This document shows positions 48,990 through 62,634 of a DNA stretch of 64,000 bases, piece by piece. This stretch comes from Escherichia coli (GTDB lineage: Bacteria; Pseudomonadota; Gammaproteobacteria; Enterobacterales; Enterobacteriaceae): NCBI RefSeq assembly GCF_003790525.1, contig NZ_CP033635.1; one strand, written 5' to 3'. A program made the translations under genes and the position numbers. A model generated the notes under the pieces. The model was not told where the DNA came from. It was given only the letters and a program-made list of their open reading frames with translations, and searched no databases. The first letter of the stretch is position 1; every line of letters begins with the position of its first letter.

Positions 48990-50663
48990 ATGACTGAATC
49001 TTTTGCTCAACTCTTTGAAGAGTCCTTAAAAGAAATCGAAACCCGCCCGGGTTCTATCGTTCGTGGCGTTGTTGTTGCTATCGACAAAGACGTAGTACTG
49101 GTTGACGCTGGTCTGAAATCTGAGTCCGCCATCCCGGCTGAGCAGTTCAAAAACGCCCAGGGCGAGCTGGAAATCCAGGTAGGTGACGAAGTTGACGTTG
49201 CTCTGGACGCAGTAGAAGACGGCTTCGGTGAAACTCTGCTGTCCCGTGAGAAAGCTAAACGTCACGAAGCCTGGATCACGCTGGAAAAAGCTTACGAAGA
49301 TGCTGAAACTGTTACCGGTGTTATCAACGGCAAAGTTAAGGGCGGCTTCACTGTTGAGCTGAACGGTATTCGTGCGTTCCTGCCAGGTTCTCTGGTAGAC
49401 GTTCGTCCGGTGCGTGACACTCTGCACCTGGAAGGCAAAGAGCTTGAATTCAAAGTAATCAAGCTGGATCAGAAGCGCAACAACGTTGTTGTTTCTCGTC
49501 GTGCCGTTATCGAATCCGAAAACAGCGCAGAGCGCGATCAGCTGCTGGAAAACCTGCAGGAAGGCATGGAAGTTAAAGGTATCGTTAAGAACCTCACTGA
49601 CTACGGTGCATTCGTTGATCTGGGCGGCGTTGACGGCCTGCTGCACATCACTGATATGGCCTGGAAACGCGTTAAGCATCCGAGCGAAATCGTCAACGTG
49701 GGCGACGAAATCACTGTTAAAGTGCTGAAGTTCGACCGCGAACGTACCCGTGTATCCCTGGGCCTGAAACAGCTGGGCGAAGATCCGTGGGTAGCTATCG
49801 CTAAACGTTATCCGGAAGGTACCAAACTGACTGGTCGCGTGACCAACCTGACCGACTACGGCTGCTTCGTTGAAATCGAAGAAGGCGTTGAAGGCCTGGT
49901 ACACGTTTCCGAAATGGATTGGACCAACAAAAACATCCACCCGTCCAAAGTTGTTAACGTTGGCGATGTAGTGGAAGTTATGGTTCTGGATATCGACGAA
50001 GAACGTCGTCGTATCTCCCTGGGTCTGAAACAGTGCAAAGCTAACCCGTGGCAGCAGTTCGCGGAAACCCACAACAAGGGTGACCGTGTTGAAGGTAAAA
50101 TCAAGTCTATCACTGACTTCGGTATCTTCATCGGCCTGGACGGCGGCATCGACGGCCTGGTTCACCTGTCTGACATCTCCTGGAACGTTGCAGGCGAAGA
50201 AGCAGTTCGTGAATACAAAAAAGGCGACGAAATCGCTGCAGTTGTTCTGCAGGTTGACGCAGAACGTGAACGTATCTCCCTGGGCGTTAAACAGCTCGCA
50301 GAAGATCCGTTCAACAACTGGGTTGCTCTGAACAAGAAAGGCGCTATCGTAACCGGTAAAGTAACTGCAGTTGACGCTAAAGGCGCAACCGTAGAACTGG
50401 CTGACGGCGTTGAAGGTTACCTGCGTGCTTCTGAAGCATCCCGTGACCGCGTTGAAGACGCTACCCTGGTTCTGAGCGTTGGCGACGAAGTTGAAGCTAA
50501 ATTCACCGGCGTTGATCGTAAAAACCGCGCAATCAGCCTGTCTGTTCGTGCGAAAGACGAAGCTGACGAGAAAGATGCAATCGCAACTGTTAACAAACAG
50601 GAAGATGCAAACTTCTCCAACAACGCAATGGCTGAAGCTTTCAAAGCAGCTAAAGGCGAGTAA
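48990..50663 (+). CDS. rpsA: 30S ribosomal protein S1
   Basis: 557 aa with six S1 repeats. Confidence 0.97.
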
Positions 50664-50822
50664 TTCTCTGACTCTTCGGGATTTTTATTCCGAAGTTTGT
50701 TGAGTTTACTTGACAGATTGCAGGTTTCGTCCTGTAATCAAGCACTAAGGGCGGCTACGGCCGCCCTTAATCAATGCAGCAACAGCAGCCGCTTAATTTG
50801 CCTTTAAGGAACCGGAGGAATC

Positions 50823-51107
50823 ATGACCAAGTCAGAATTGATAGAAAGACTTGCCACCCAGCAATCGCACATTCCCGCCAAGACGGTTGAAGATGCAGTA
50901 AAAGAGATGCTGGAGCATATGGCCTCGACTCTTGCGCAGGGCGAGCGTATTGAAATCCGCGGTTTCGGCAGTTTCTCTTTGCACTACCGCGCACCACGTA
51001 CCGGACGTAATCCGAAGACTGGCGATAAAGTAGAACTGGAAGGAAAATACGTTCCTCACTTTAAACCAGGTAAAGAACTGCGCGATCGCGCCAATATTTA
51101 CGGTTAA
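50823..51107 (+). CDS. ihfB: integration host factor beta subunit
   Basis: 94 aa, [11 protein letters not shown] start. Confidence 0.97.
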
Positions 51108-51133
51108 GTTTTTACTCAAACTTGAACGCGAGA

Positions 51134-51157
51134 AAAGCACCTGTCGGGTGCTTTTTT
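51134..51157 (+). terminator. ihfB rho-independent terminator
   Basis: AAAGCACC-tgtcg-GGTGCTTT followed by a T-run. Confidence 0.7.
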
Positions 51158-51312
51158 CATTTCTCTAATCTGGAACTGGAAGCTGCCTCGCAGAGTTTTG
51201 AGCAGTTTTCACCCTATCGTTAAATTCTTCTGAACGTGCCTCGGGGAACGCAAAACACCCACCAGACAACCGTTCAACAAAGTTGCACACTTTCTATAAA
51301 CAGGGAGGGTGC

Positions 51313-53577
51313 ATGAAAATAACGACAGTCGGCGTATGCATAATTTGCGGAATTTTTCCGTTGCTGATTTTGCCCCAATTGCCAGGGACAGTAACCCTTG
51401 CGTTTCTGACTCTCTTCGCCTGTGTACTGGCATTTATCCCTGTTAAAACCGTCCGTTATATCGCGCTGACGTTGCTGTTTTTCGTTTGGGGCATATTAGC
51501 AGCAAAGCAAATTTTGTGGGCAGGAGAAACCTTAACTGGCGCGACGCAGGATGCAATAGTTGAGATCACTGCTACTGACGGCATGACCACTCATTACGGT
51601 CAAATCACTCATCTACAAAGTCGACGTATATTCCCTGCGCCAGGCCTCGTACTGTATGGCGAATATCTTCCGCAAGCGGTTTGTGCCGGACAAGTATGGT
51701 CAATGAAACTCAAAGTTCGTGCAGTTCATGGTCAACTTAATGATGGCGGCTTTGATAGCCAGCGTTATGCCATTGCCCAGCATCAACCGCTCACCGGCCG
51801 TTTTCTGCAGGCAAGTGTCATTGAACCGAATTGTAGCCTGCGTGCACAGTATCTGGCGTCATTACAAACAACGCTGCAACCCTATCCGTGGAATGCGGTT
51901 ATTCTTGGTTTAGGTATGGGGGAACGGTTATCCGTTCCCAAAGAAATCAAAAATATCATGCGCGATACTGGAACGGCGCATTTAATGGCGATATCGGGAT
52001 TGCATATCGCTTTTGCGGCGTTGCTGGCTGCCGGACTCATTCGCGGTGGGCAAGTTTTTCTGCCTGGGCGCTGGATCCACTGGCAAATGCCATTAATTGG
52101 CGGAATCTGCTGTGCTGCTTTTTATGCCTGGCTGACTGGGATGCAACCTCCTGCATTGCGTACCGTGGTGGCGCTTGCTACGTGGGGAATGCTTAAGTTA
52201 AGTGGGCGACAATGGAGTGGCTGGGATGTATGGATATGTTGTCTGGCGGCAATTTTGCTGATGGATCCTGTTGCCATTCTCTCGCAAAGTTTATGGCTCT
52301 CTGCCGCTGCGGTCGCGGCACTGATTTTTTGGTATCAGTGGTTTCCCGGTCCTGAGTGGCAACTGCCGCCGGTATTGCGTGCACTTGTTTCCCTCATCCA
52401 TCTGCAACTGGGAATCACACTCCTGCTTATGCCCGTGCAAATCGTCATATTTCATGGCATTAGTCTGACCTCGTTTATTGCAAATCTATTTGCAATTCCC
52501 CTGGTGACATTTATCACGGTTCCGTTGATCCTCGCCGCTATGGTTGTGCATTTAAGCGGGCCGTTAATCCTGGAAGAGGGATTATGGTTTCTTGCCGACC
52601 GGTCTTTGGCTTTACTTTTCTGGGGGTTAAAGAGTTTGCCGGAAGGGTGGATCAACATTGCTGAACGTTGGCAATGGCTATCATTTTCCCCATGGTTCTT
52701 ACTGGTGGTATGGCGATTAAACGCCTGGCGAACGTTGCCAGCAATGTGTGTGGCTGGAGGCTTGCTGATGTGCTGGCCGCTGTGGCAAAAACCTCGACCT
52801 GACGAGTGGCAAGTGTACATGCTTGATGTCGGGCAAGGGCTGGCAATGGTGATAGCCAGAAACGGCAAAGCGATTCTCTATGACACGGGACTGGCCTGGC
52901 CTGAAGGGGATAGTGGGCAACAACTGATTATCCCCTGGCTCCACTGGCATAATCTTGAACCGGAAGGCGTTATTCTGAGTCATGAACATCTGGATCACCG
53001 GGGAGGGCTGGACTCAATATTGCATACATGGCCGATGTTATGGATCAGAAGTCCGTTAAACTGGGAACACCATCAGCCCTGTGTGCGTGGCGAAGCGTGG
53101 CAATGGCAAGGATTGCGTTTCAGCGTGCACTGGCCTTTACAAGCTAGCAACGATAAAGGAAATAACCATTCCTGTGTGGTTAAGGTTGATGACGGGACGA
53201 ATAGCATTCTTCTAACCGGTGATATTGAAGCCCCCGCTGAACAAAAGATGCTAAGCCGTTACTGGCAGCAAGTGCAGGCAACATTGCTTCAGGTACCTCA
53301 CCATGGCAGTAATACCTCATCATCGTTGCCATTAATTCAGCGAGTGAATGGAAAAGTGGCACTCGCATCGGCATCGCGCTATAACGCATGGCGACTGCCC
53401 TCAAGCAAAGTTAAACATCGCTATCAACAACAGGGTTATAAGTGGCTTGATACTCCACATCAGGGTCAAATAACGGTCGATTTTTCAGCGCAAGGCTGGC
53501 GGATTAGCAGCCTCAGAGAGCAAATTTTACCTCGTTGGTATCATCAGTGGTTTGGCGTGCCAGTGGATAACGGGTAG
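51313..53577 (+). CDS. ycaI: ComEC-family inner membrane protein YcaI
   Basis: ORF 51283-53577; start at MKITTVGVC (754 aa); metallo-beta-lactamase-like C-terminus. Confidence 0.85.
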   Translation: MKITTVGVCIICGIFPLLILPQLPGTVTLAFLTLFACVLAFIPVKTVRYIALTLLFFVWGILAAKQILWAGETLTGATQDAIVEITATDGMTTHYGQITHLQSRRIFPAPGLVLYGEYLPQAVCAGQVWSMKLKVRAVHGQLNDGGFDSQRYAIAQHQPLTGRFLQASVIEPNCSLRAQYLASLQTTLQPYPWNAVILGLGMGERLSVPKEIKNIMRDTGTAHLMAISGLHIAFAALLAAGLIRGGQVFLPGRWIHWQMPLIGGICCAAFYAWLTGMQPPALRTVVALATWGMLKLSGRQWSGWDVWICCLAAILLMDPVAILSQSLWLSAAAVAALIFWYQWFPGPEWQLPPVLRALVSLIHLQLGITLLLMPVQIVIFHGISLTSFIANLFAIPLVTFITVPLILAAMVVHLSGPLILEEGLWFLADRSLALLFWGLKSLPEGWINIAERWQWLSFSPWFLLVVWRLNAWRTLPAMCVAGGLLMCWPLWQKPRPDEWQVYMLDVGQGLAMVIARNGKAILYDTGLAWPEGDSGQQLIIPWLHWHNLEPEGVILSHEHLDHRGGLDSILHTWPMLWIRSPLNWEHHQPCVRGEAWQWQGLRFSVHWPLQASNDKGNNHSCVVKVDDGTNSILLTGDIEAPAEQKMLSRYWQQVQATLLQVPHHGSNTSSSLPLIQRVNGKVALASASRYNAWRLPSSKVKHRYQQQGYKWLDTPHQGQITVDFSAQGWRISSLREQILPRWYHQWFGVPVDNG

Positions 53578-53613
53578 AATATGCGGCTATTTCAACAAAT
53601 GCTGGTTTTTTGA

Positions 53614-55362
53614 ATGCATAACGACAAAGATCTCTCTACGTGGCAGACGTTCCGCCGACTGTGGCCAACCATTGCGCCTTTTAAAGCGGGTCTGATCGTG
53701 GCGGGCGTAGCGTTAATCCTCAACGCAGCCAGCGATACCTTCATGTTATCGCTCCTTAAGCCACTTCTTGATGATGGCTTTGGTAAAACAGATCGCTCCG
53801 TGCTGGTGTGGATGCCGCTGGTGGTGATCGGGCTGATGATTTTGCGTGGTATCACCAGCTATGTCTCCAGCTACTGTATCTCCTGGGTATCAGGAAAGGT
53901 GGTAATGACCATGCGTCGCCGCCTGTTTGGTCACATGATGGGAATGCCGGTTTCATTCTTTGACAAACAGTCAACGGGTACGCTGTTGTCACGTATCACC
54001 TACGATTCCGAACAGGTTGCTTCTTCCTCTTCCGGCGCACTGATTACTGTTGTGCGTGAAGGTGCGTCGATCATCGGCCTGTTCATCATGATGTTCTATT
54101 ACAGTTGGCAACTGTCGATCATTTTGATTGTGCTGGCACCGATTGTTTCGATTGCGATTCGCGTTGTATCGAAGCGTTTTCGCAATATCAGTAAAAACAT
54201 GCAGAACACCATGGGGCAGGTGACCACCAGCGCCGAACAAATGCTGAAAGGCCATAAAGAAGTATTGATTTTCGGTGGTCAGGAAGTGGAAACGAAACGC
54301 TTCGATAAAGTCAGCAACCGAATGCGTCTTCAGGGGATGAAAATGGTTTCAGCCTCTTCCATCTCTGATCCGATCATTCAGCTGATCGCCTCTTTGGCGC
54401 TGGCGTTTGTTCTGTATGCGGCAAGCTTCCCAAGTGTCATGGATAGCCTGACTGCCGGTACGATTACCGTTGTTTTCTCTTCAATGATTGCACTTATGCG
54501 TCCGCTGAAATCGCTGACCAACGTTAACGCCCAGTTCCAGCGCGGTATGGCGGCTTGTCAGACGCTGTTTACCATTCTGGACAGTGAGCAGGAGAAAGAC
54601 GAAGGTAAGCGCGTGATCGAGCGTGCGACTGGCGACGTGGAATTCCGCAATGTCACCTTTACTTATCCGGGACGTGACGTACCCGCATTGCGTAACATCA
54701 ACCTGAAAATTCCGGCAGGGAAGACGGTTGCTCTAGTTGGACGCTCTGGTTCAGGTAAATCAACCATCGCCAGCCTGATCACGCGTTTTTACGATATTGA
54801 TGAAGGCGAAATCCTGATGGATGGTCACGATCTGCGCGAGTATACCCTGGCGTCGTTACGTAACCAGGTTGCTCTGGTGTCGCAGAATGTCCATCTGTTT
54901 AACGATACGGTTGCCAACAACATTGCTTACGCACGGACTGAACAGTACAGCCGTGAGCAAATTGAAGAAGCGGCGCGTATGGCCTACGCCATGGACTTCA
55001 TCAATAAGATGGATAACGGTCTCGATACAGTGATTGGTGAAAACGGCGTGCTGCTCTCTGGCGGTCAGCGTCAGCGTATTGCTATCGCTCGAGCCTTGTT
55101 GCGTGATAGCCCGATTCTGATTCTGGACGAAGCTACCTCGGCGTTGGATACCGAATCCGAACGTGCGATTCAGGCGGCACTGGATGAGTTGCAGAAAAAC
55201 CGTACCTCTCTGGTGATTGCCCACCGCTTGTCTACCATTGAAAAGGCAGACGAAATCGTGGTCGTCGAGGATGGTGTCATTGTGGAACGCGGTACGCATA
55301 ACGATTTGCTTGAGCACCGTGGCGTTTACGCGCAACTTCACAAAATGCAGTTTGGCCAATGA
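53614..55362 (+). CDS. msbA: lipid A ABC exporter MsbA
   Basis: 582 aa; Walker [10 protein letters not shown] and ABC signature LSGGQRQR. Confidence 0.97.
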   Translation: MHNDKDLSTWQTFRRLWPTIAPFKAGLIVAGVALILNAASDTFMLSLLKPLLDDGFGKTDRSVLVWMPLVVIGLMILRGITSYVSSYCISWVSGKVVMTMRRRLFGHMMGMPVSFFDKQSTGTLLSRITYDSEQVASSSSGALITVVREGASIIGLFIMMFYYSWQLSIILIVLAPIVSIAIRVVSKRFRNISKNMQNTMGQVTTSAEQMLKGHKEVLIFGGQEVETKRFDKVSNRMRLQGMKMVSASSISDPIIQLIASLALAFVLYAASFPSVMDSLTAGTITVVFSSMIALMRPLKSLTNVNAQFQRGMAACQTLFTILDSEQEKDEGKRVIERATGDVEFRNVTFTYPGRDVPALRNINLKIPAGKTVALVGRSGSGKSTIASLITRFYDIDEGEILMDGHDLREYTLASLRNQVALVSQNVHLFNDTVANNIAYARTEQYSREQIEEAARMAYAMDFINKMDNGLDTVIGENGVLLSGGQRQRIAIARALLRDSPILILDEATSALDTESERAIQAALDELQKNRTSLVIAHRLSTIEKADEIVVVEDGVIVERGTHNDLLEHRGVYAQLHKMQFGQ

Positions 55363-56345
55363 TCGAAAAAATCTGGTCTGGTGAATCCCCTTTGTGGCGG
55401 CTATTGCTGCCACTCTCCTGGTTGTATGGCCTGGTGAGTGGCGCGATCCGTCTTTGCTATAAACTAAAACTGAAGCGCGCCTGGCGTGCCCCCGTACCGG
55501 TTGTCGTGGTTGGTAATCTCACCGCAGGCGGCAACGGAAAAACCCCGGTCGTTGTCTGGCTGGTGGAACAGTTGCAACAGCGCGGTATTTGCGTGGGGGT
55601 CGTATCGCGGGGATATGGTGGTAAGGCTGAATCTTATCCGCTGTTATTGTCGGCAGATACCACCACAGCACAGGCGGGTGATGAACCTGTGTTGATTTAT
55701 CAACGCACTGATGCGCCTGTTGCGGTTTCTCCCGTGCGTTCTGATGCGATAAAAGCCATTCTGGCGCAACACCCTGATGTGCAGATCATCGTAACCGACG
55801 ACGGTTTACAGCATTACCGTCTGGCGCGTGATGTGGAAATTGTCGTTATTGATGGTGTGCGTCGCTTTGGCAATGGCTGGTGGTTGCCGGCGGGGCCAAT
55901 GCGTGAGCGAGCGGGGCGCTTAAAGTCGGTTGATGCGGTAATCGTCAACGGTGGTGTCCCCCGCAGCGGTGAAATCCCCATGCATCTGCTGCCGGGTCAG
56001 GCGGTGAATTTACGTACCGGTACGCGTTGTGACGTTGCTCAGCTTGAACATGTGGTGGCGATGGCAGGGATTGGTCATCCGCCGCGCTTTTTTGCCACGC
56101 TGAAGATGTGTGGCGTACAACCGGAAAAATGTGTACCGCTGGCCGATCATCAGTCTTTGAATCATGCGGATGTCAGCGCGTTGGTCAGCGCCGGGCAAAC
56201 GCTGGTAATGACAGAAAAAGATGCGGTGAAATGCCGGGCCTTTGCAGAAGAAAATTGGTGGTATTTGCCTGTAGACGCACAGCTTTCAGGTGATGAACCA
56301 GCGAAACTGCTTGCGCAACTAACCTCGCTGGCTTCTGGCAACTAG
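55359..56345 (+). CDS. lpxK: tetraacyldisaccharide 4'-kinase
   Basis: 328 aa; start overlaps the msbA stop. Confidence 0.95.
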   Translation: MIEKIWSGESPLWRLLLPLSWLYGLVSGAIRLCYKLKLKRAWRAPVPVVVVGNLTAGGNGKTPVVVWLVEQLQQRGICVGVVSRGYGGKAESYPLLLSADTTTAQAGDEPVLIYQRTDAPVAVSPVRSDAIKAILAQHPDVQIIVTDDGLQHYRLARDVEIVVIDGVRRFGNGWWLPAGPMRERAGRLKSVDAVIVNGGVPRSGEIPMHLLPGQAVNLRTGTRCDVAQLEHVVAMAGIGHPPRFFATLKMCGVQPEKCVPLADHQSLNHADVSALVSAGQTLVMTEKDAVKCRAFAEENWWYLPVDAQLSGDEPAKLLAQLTSLASGN

Positions 56346-56381
56346 TTACGCCGCGGCAGCGTTCGATTGATGGAGTCATGA

Positions 56382-57614
56382 ATGTCGCTGCCGCACCTCT
56401 CTCTTGCTGATGCGCGTAATCTTCACCTCGCCGCGCAAGGCCTGTTAAACAAACCCCGCCGTCGAGCGTCGTTGGAGGATATTCCGGCAACGATCTCCCG
56501 CATGTCCTTGCTGCAAATCGATACCATCAATATTGTTGCCCGTAGCCCATATCTGGTGCTTTTCAGTCGTCTGGGAAATTATCCTGCCCAGTGGCTGGAT
56601 GAGTCTCTGGCGCGTGGCGAATTAATGGAATACTGGGCGCATGAAGCCTGCTTTATGCCACGTAGCGATTTTCGTCTTATTCGCCACCGCATGCTGGCAC
56701 CTGAAAAAATGGGCTGGAAATACAAAGACGCCTGGATGCAGGAACATGAGGTGGAAATTGCACAGTTAATTCAGCATATTCATGATAAGGGGCCGGTACG
56801 TTCAGCCGATTTTGAGCATCCTCGTAAAGGGGCAAGCGGCTGGTGGGAGTGGAAGCCGCATAAACGACATCTGGAAGGTTTATTTACTGCCGGAAAGGTG
56901 ATGGTGATTGAACGGCGCAACTTCCAGCGCGTTTATGATTTAACCCACCGTGTCATGCCTGACTGGGATGATGAGCGCGATCTCGTTTCGCAAACAGAAG
57001 CAGAAATCATCATGCTGGATAACAGTGCGCGTAGCCTGGGCATATTCCGCGAACAGTGGCTGGCAGATTACTATCGGCTGAAACGTCCGGCACTGGCGGC
57101 TTGGCGCGAAGCGAGGGCTGAACTGCAGCAAATCATTGCTGTGCATGTTGAAAAATTGGGCAATCTTTGGTTGCATGCTGATTTGCTGCCGCTACTCGAG
57201 CGTGCGCTGGCCGGAAAGCTCACTGCAACGCACAGCGCGGTACTTTCGCCTTTTGATCCTGTTGTCTGGGATCGCAAACGCGCAGAGCAGCTTTTTGATT
57301 TTAGCTACCGGCTGGAGTGCTATACCCCTGCGCCGAAACGCCAGTATGGCTATTTTGTTCTGCCGTTATTACATCGTGGGCAATTAGTTGGGCGAATGGA
57401 TGCCAAAATGCATCGCCAGACAGGCATCCTTGAAGTTATCTCTCTGTGGTTACAGGAAGGCATTAAACCAACGACAACGCTGCAAAAAGGGTTACGTCAG
57501 GCGATTACTGATTTCGCTAACTGGCAGCAGGCAACGCGGGTGACATTAGGACGCTGCCCGCAAGGCCTCTTTACTGATTGCCGCACCGGCTGGGAAATAG
57601 ACCCCGTCGCATAA
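56382..57614 (+). CDS. ycaQ: winged-helix DNA glycosylase-like protein YcaQ
   Basis: 410-aa ORF; conserved position. Confidence 0.85.
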   Translation: MSLPHLSLADARNLHLAAQGLLNKPRRRASLEDIPATISRMSLLQIDTINIVARSPYLVLFSRLGNYPAQWLDESLARGELMEYWAHEACFMPRSDFRLIRHRMLAPEKMGWKYKDAWMQEHEVEIAQLIQHIHDKGPVRSADFEHPRKGASGWWEWKPHKRHLEGLFTAGKVMVIERRNFQRVYDLTHRVMPDWDDERDLVSQTEAEIIMLDNSARSLGIFREQWLADYYRLKRPALAAWREARAELQQIIAVHVEKLGNLWLHADLLPLLERALAGKLTATHSAVLSPFDPVVWDRKRAEQLFDFSYRLECYTPAPKRQYGYFVLPLLHRGQLVGRMDAKMHRQTGILEVISLWLQEGIKPTTTLQKGLRQAITDFANWQQATRVTLGRCPQGLFTDCRTGWEIDPVA

Positions 57615-57665
57615 ATGATTATGATAAGATTTATGCATTCATAACCCGATCCATCTGGAGGAACT

Positions 57666-58591
<926 letters not shown>

Positions 58592-58744
58592 TTTCACTTC
58601 ACGACACTCCAGCCAATTTTGGGAGGAGTGTCGTACCGTTACGATTTTCCTCAATTTTTCTTTTCAACAATTGATCTCATTCAGGTGACATCTTTTATAT
58701 TGGCGCTCATTATGAAAGCAGTAGCTTTTATGAGGGTAATCTGA

Positions 58745-59638
58745 ATGGAACAGCTGCGTGCCGAATTAAGCCATTTACTGGGCGAAAAACTCAGTCGTAT
58801 TGAGTGCGTCAATGAAAAAGCGGATACGGCGTTGTGGGCTTTGTATGACAGCCAGGGAAACCCAATGCCGTTAATGGCAAGAAGCTTTAGTACGCCCGGA
58901 AAAGCCCGACAACTGGCATGGAAAACCACCATGCTGGCAAGAAGTGGGACTGTCCGTATGCCGACTATTTATGGTGTGATGACGCATGAAGAACACCCCG
59001 GCCCCGATGTCCTGCTACTGGAGCGGATGCGTGGTGTTTCGGTGGAGGCACCAGCCCGAACACCAGAACGCTGGGAACAACTCAAAGATCAAATCGTTGA
59101 AGCCTTACTGGCCTGGCACCGTCAGGACAGTCGCGGTTGCGTCGGCGCGGTCGACAATACTCAGGAAAATTTCTGGCCCTCATGGTACCGGCAACATGTT
59201 GAAGTGCTATGGACCACGCTCAATCAGTTCAATAACACCGGTCTGACGATGCAGGATAAGCGGATCCTGTTTCGCACTCGCGAATGTCTCCCGGCATTAT
59301 TTGAAGGCTTTAACGACAATTGTGTACTGATTCACGGTAACTTCTGTTTACGCAGCATGCTGAAAGATTCGCGCAGCGATCAGTTACTGGCGATGGTCGG
59401 ACCGGGACTAATGCTTTGGGCACCGCGAGAATACGAACTGTTCCGACTAATGGATAATTCTCTGGCGGAAGATTTGCTCTGGAGTTATCTGCAACGCGCG
59501 CCAGTGGCGGAGTCGTTCATCTGGCGGCGTTGGTTGTATGTGTTATGGGATGAAGTTGCGCAACTGGTCAACACCGGACGATTTAGTCGGCGTAACTTCG
59601 ATCTGGCATCAAAATCACTCTTGCCGTGGCTCGCCTGA
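58745..59638 (+). CDS. ycbJ: kinase-like protein YcbJ
   Basis: 297-aa ORF; conserved position. Confidence 0.85.
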   Translation: MEQLRAELSHLLGEKLSRIECVNEKADTALWALYDSQGNPMPLMARSFSTPGKARQLAWKTTMLARSGTVRMPTIYGVMTHEEHPGPDVLLLERMRGVSVEAPARTPERWEQLKDQIVEALLAWHRQDSRGCVGAVDNTQENFWPSWYRQHVEVLWTTLNQFNNTGLTMQDKRILFRTRECLPALFEGFNDNCVLIHGNFCLRSMLKDSRSDQLLAMVGPGLMLWAPREYELFRLMDNSLAEDLLWSYLQRAPVAESFIWRRWLYVLWDEVAQLVNTGRFSRRNFDLASKSLLPWLA

Positions 59639-60394
59639 CGAACCTTTCAGCCATTGCCAGATCCGGCCAAGCGTTTCATAGCCAACGCGGTCGCTATGCA
59701 TCAACCAAACCGGAGAAGGGATTGCCCGTTCCCACGGATTAAGCGGCGAGTCGATGGCCAACTGATTCGCCGGGGCTGGTAGCGGATTTAACCCTTCCTG
59801 CTGAAAAAAGATCATCGCCCGCGGCAGATGTGATGCGGAGGTCACCAGCAGGAAAGGGGCGTCACCAATCGCCTGTTTCACTGCCGCAGCTTCTTCTTCG
59901 GTATCTTTTGGCAAATCCAGGGTGATAATTTGCTCGCGCGGTACGCCCAGCGATTGCGCAACTCTGGCACCTACTTCCGCTGTACTCACCGTATTGGTTT
60001 TTGCTACGCCTCCCGTGAAGATCAGTTTTGATCCCGGATTTTCGCGCCATAAGCGAATACCTTCATTCAGGCGTGGCAGACTGTTATTGATTAAATTCGA
60101 ACTCGGTGCCCACTGTGGGTTCCAGGTATAACCGCCTCCGAGCACCACGATATAGTCCACTTTTTGCGAATTATTCCATGTCGGATAGGTGCTTTCGATG
60201 GGACGCAGCAGGCGGTCGGCTACCGGTTGCAAACTCAATAACAAGAGCGCCAGCCACCCAATGCTAATAAAAATCTTCCCGGTTTTTTGAAAACGGCTAA
60301 ACCACAGCAGCGCCAGGCCAGCGCCAATAATCAACAACATCAGCGGAAGTGGCAGCAACATATTGCCAATCACTTTTTTCAGTGTAAAAAGCAT
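59615..60394 (-). CDS. elyC: envelope biogenesis factor ElyC (YcbC, DUF218)
   Basis: 259-aa ORF convergent with ycbJ, 3' ends overlapping. Confidence 0.85.
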   Translation of the reverse strand: MLFTLKKVIGNMLLPLPLMLLIIGAGLALLWFSRFQKTGKIFISIGWLALLLLSLQPVADRLLRPIESTYPTWNNSQKVDYIVVLGGGYTWNPQWAPSSNLINNSLPRLNEGIRLWRENPGSKLIFTGGVAKTNTVSTAEVGARVAQSLGVPREQIITLDLPKDTEEEAAAVKQAIGDAPFLLVTSASHLPRAMIFFQQEGLNPLPAPANQLAIDSPLNPWERAIPSPVWLMHSDRVGYETLGRIWQWLKGSSGEPRQE

Positions 60395-60529
60395 CCTTTC
60401 TGGTTCCTTTTTTAACCATATAGCAAGGGATCGCCAGCGATATTACACCAGACGGGTTCATTCTCGCCGTGGCTGTGACAAAATAGCGTCTTTATCAGAA
60501 AACGTCTTAGCCAACCGGTGGAGAAAGCA

Positions 60530-61315
60530 ATGCAGGATCGCAATTTTGATGATATTGCGGAAAAGTTTTCCCGTAACATTTACGGCACCACCAAAGGGCA
60601 GCTTCGACAGGCTATTCTGTGGCAGGATCTCGATCGCGTGCTGGCGGAAATGGGCCCGCAAAAACTGCGTGTGCTGGATGCTGGCGGTGGAGAAGGGCAG
60701 ACCGCAATCAAAATGGCTGAGCGCGGGCATCAGGTCATTTTATGCGATCTTTCTGCGCAGATGATCGACCGCGCAAAACAGGCGGCAGAAGCAAAAGGTG
60801 TGAGCGACAACATGCAATTTATACATTGCGCCGCTCAGGATGTTGCTTCGCATTTGGAAACGCCCGTTGATCTGATATTGTTCCATGCGGTGCTCGAGTG
60901 GGTGGCCGATCCCCGCAGCGTATTACAGACCCTGTGGTCAGTGTTGCGTCCAGGCGGCGTGTTGTCGTTAATGTTCTACAATGCGCACGGCTTGCTGATG
61001 CATAACATGGTCGCCGGGAATTTTGATTACGTGCAGGCGGGAATGCCGAAAAAGAAAAAACGGACGCTTTCGCCAGATTATCCACGCGACCCGGCGCAGG
61101 TTTATCTGTGGCTGGAAGAAGCTGGTTGGCAAATTATGGGTAAGACAGGCGTTCGTGTGTTTCATGATTATCTGCGCGAGAAGCACCAGCAGCGCGACTG
61201 CTATGAAGCATTACTTGAATTAGAAACGCGTTATTGCCGTCAGGAACCGTATATTACCCTGGGGCGTTATATTCATGTCACCGCGCGCAAACCGCAGAGC
61301 AAGGATAAAGTATGA
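60530..61315 (+). CDS. cmoM: SAM-dependent tRNA methyltransferase CmoM (SmtA)
   Basis: ORF 60518-61315; start at [13 protein letters not shown]; methyltransferase motif LDAGGGEG. Confidence 0.9.
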
Positions 61316-62634
61316 GTGAATTTTCCCAGACAGTCCCCGAACTGGTTGCCTGGGCCAGAAAAAATGACTTCTCCATCTCGCTGCCGGTAGACCGACTCTC
61401 TTTTCTGCTGGCGGTTGCCACGCTGAACGGCGAGCGTCTGGATGGTGAGATGAGTGAAGGCGAGCTGGTGGATGCATTCCGCCATGTGAGTGATGCGTTT
61501 GAGCAAACCAGCGAAACCATCGGCGTGCGTGCCAACAACGCGATCAACGACATGGTGCGTCAACGTCTGCTGAACCGCTTTACCAGCGAGCAGGCGGAAG
61601 GGAACGCAATTTACCGTCTGACGCCGCTCGGCATCGGCATTACTGACTATTACATCCGTCAGCGCGAGTTTTCTACGCTGCGCCTTTCTATGCAGTTGTC
61701 GATTGTGGCGGGTGAGCTCAAACGCGCGGCAGATGCCGCCGAAGAGGGCGGTGATGAATTTCACTGGCACCGTAATGTTTATGCGCCACTGAAATATTCG
61801 GTAGCAGAAATTTTCGACAGTATCGACCTGACGCAACGTCTGATGGACGAACAGCAGCAGCAGGTGAAGGACGATATCGCCCAGTTGCTGAACAAAGACT
61901 GGCGGGCGGCGATCTCCAGCTGTGAATTGTTGCTTTCGGAAACTTCCGGAACGCTGCGTGAATTGCAGGATACGCTGGAAGCGGCAGGCGACAAATTGCA
62001 GGCTAATCTGTTGCGCATTCAGGATGCGACGATGACCCATGACGATCTGCATTTTGTCGATCGTCTGGTGTTCGATCTGCAGAGCAAACTTGACCGTATT
62101 ATCAGTTGGGGCCAGCAATCCATCGACTTGTGGATTGGCTACGACCGCCACGTACACAAATTTATCCGTACCGCAATCGATATGGATAAAAACCGCGTCT
62201 TTGCTCAGCGGTTACGTCAGTCGGTACAAACCTATTTTGATGAGCCGTGGGCGCTAACTTATGCCAATGCCGATCGTCTGCTGGATATGCGTGACGAAGA
62301 GATGGCACTGCGCGATGAAGAAGTGACTGGGGAACTTCCTGAGGATCTGGAGTACGAAGAGTTTAACGAGATCCGCGAACAGCTGGCGGCGATCATTGAA
62401 GAACAACTTGCCGTGTACAAAACCAGACAAGTGCCGCTGGATCTTGGTCTGGTGGTACGCGAATATCTGTCACAGTATCCGCGTGCACGTCACTTTGACG
62501 TTGCGCGCATTGTTATTGATCAGGCGGTACGTCTTGGCGTAGCGCAAGCAGATTTCACCGGACTGCCAGCGAAATGGCAGCCGATTAATGATTACGGAGC
62601 CAAGGTACAGGCGCATGTCATCGACAAATATTGA
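61312..62634 (+). CDS. mukF: condensin kleisin subunit MukF
   Basis: 440 aa; start overlaps the cmoM stop. Confidence 0.95.

Noticed and set aside
49026-50165. 379-aa minus-strand ORF inside rpsA
   Set aside because: Antisense shadow ORF of the ribosomal protein S1 gene; no start context and an implausible protein
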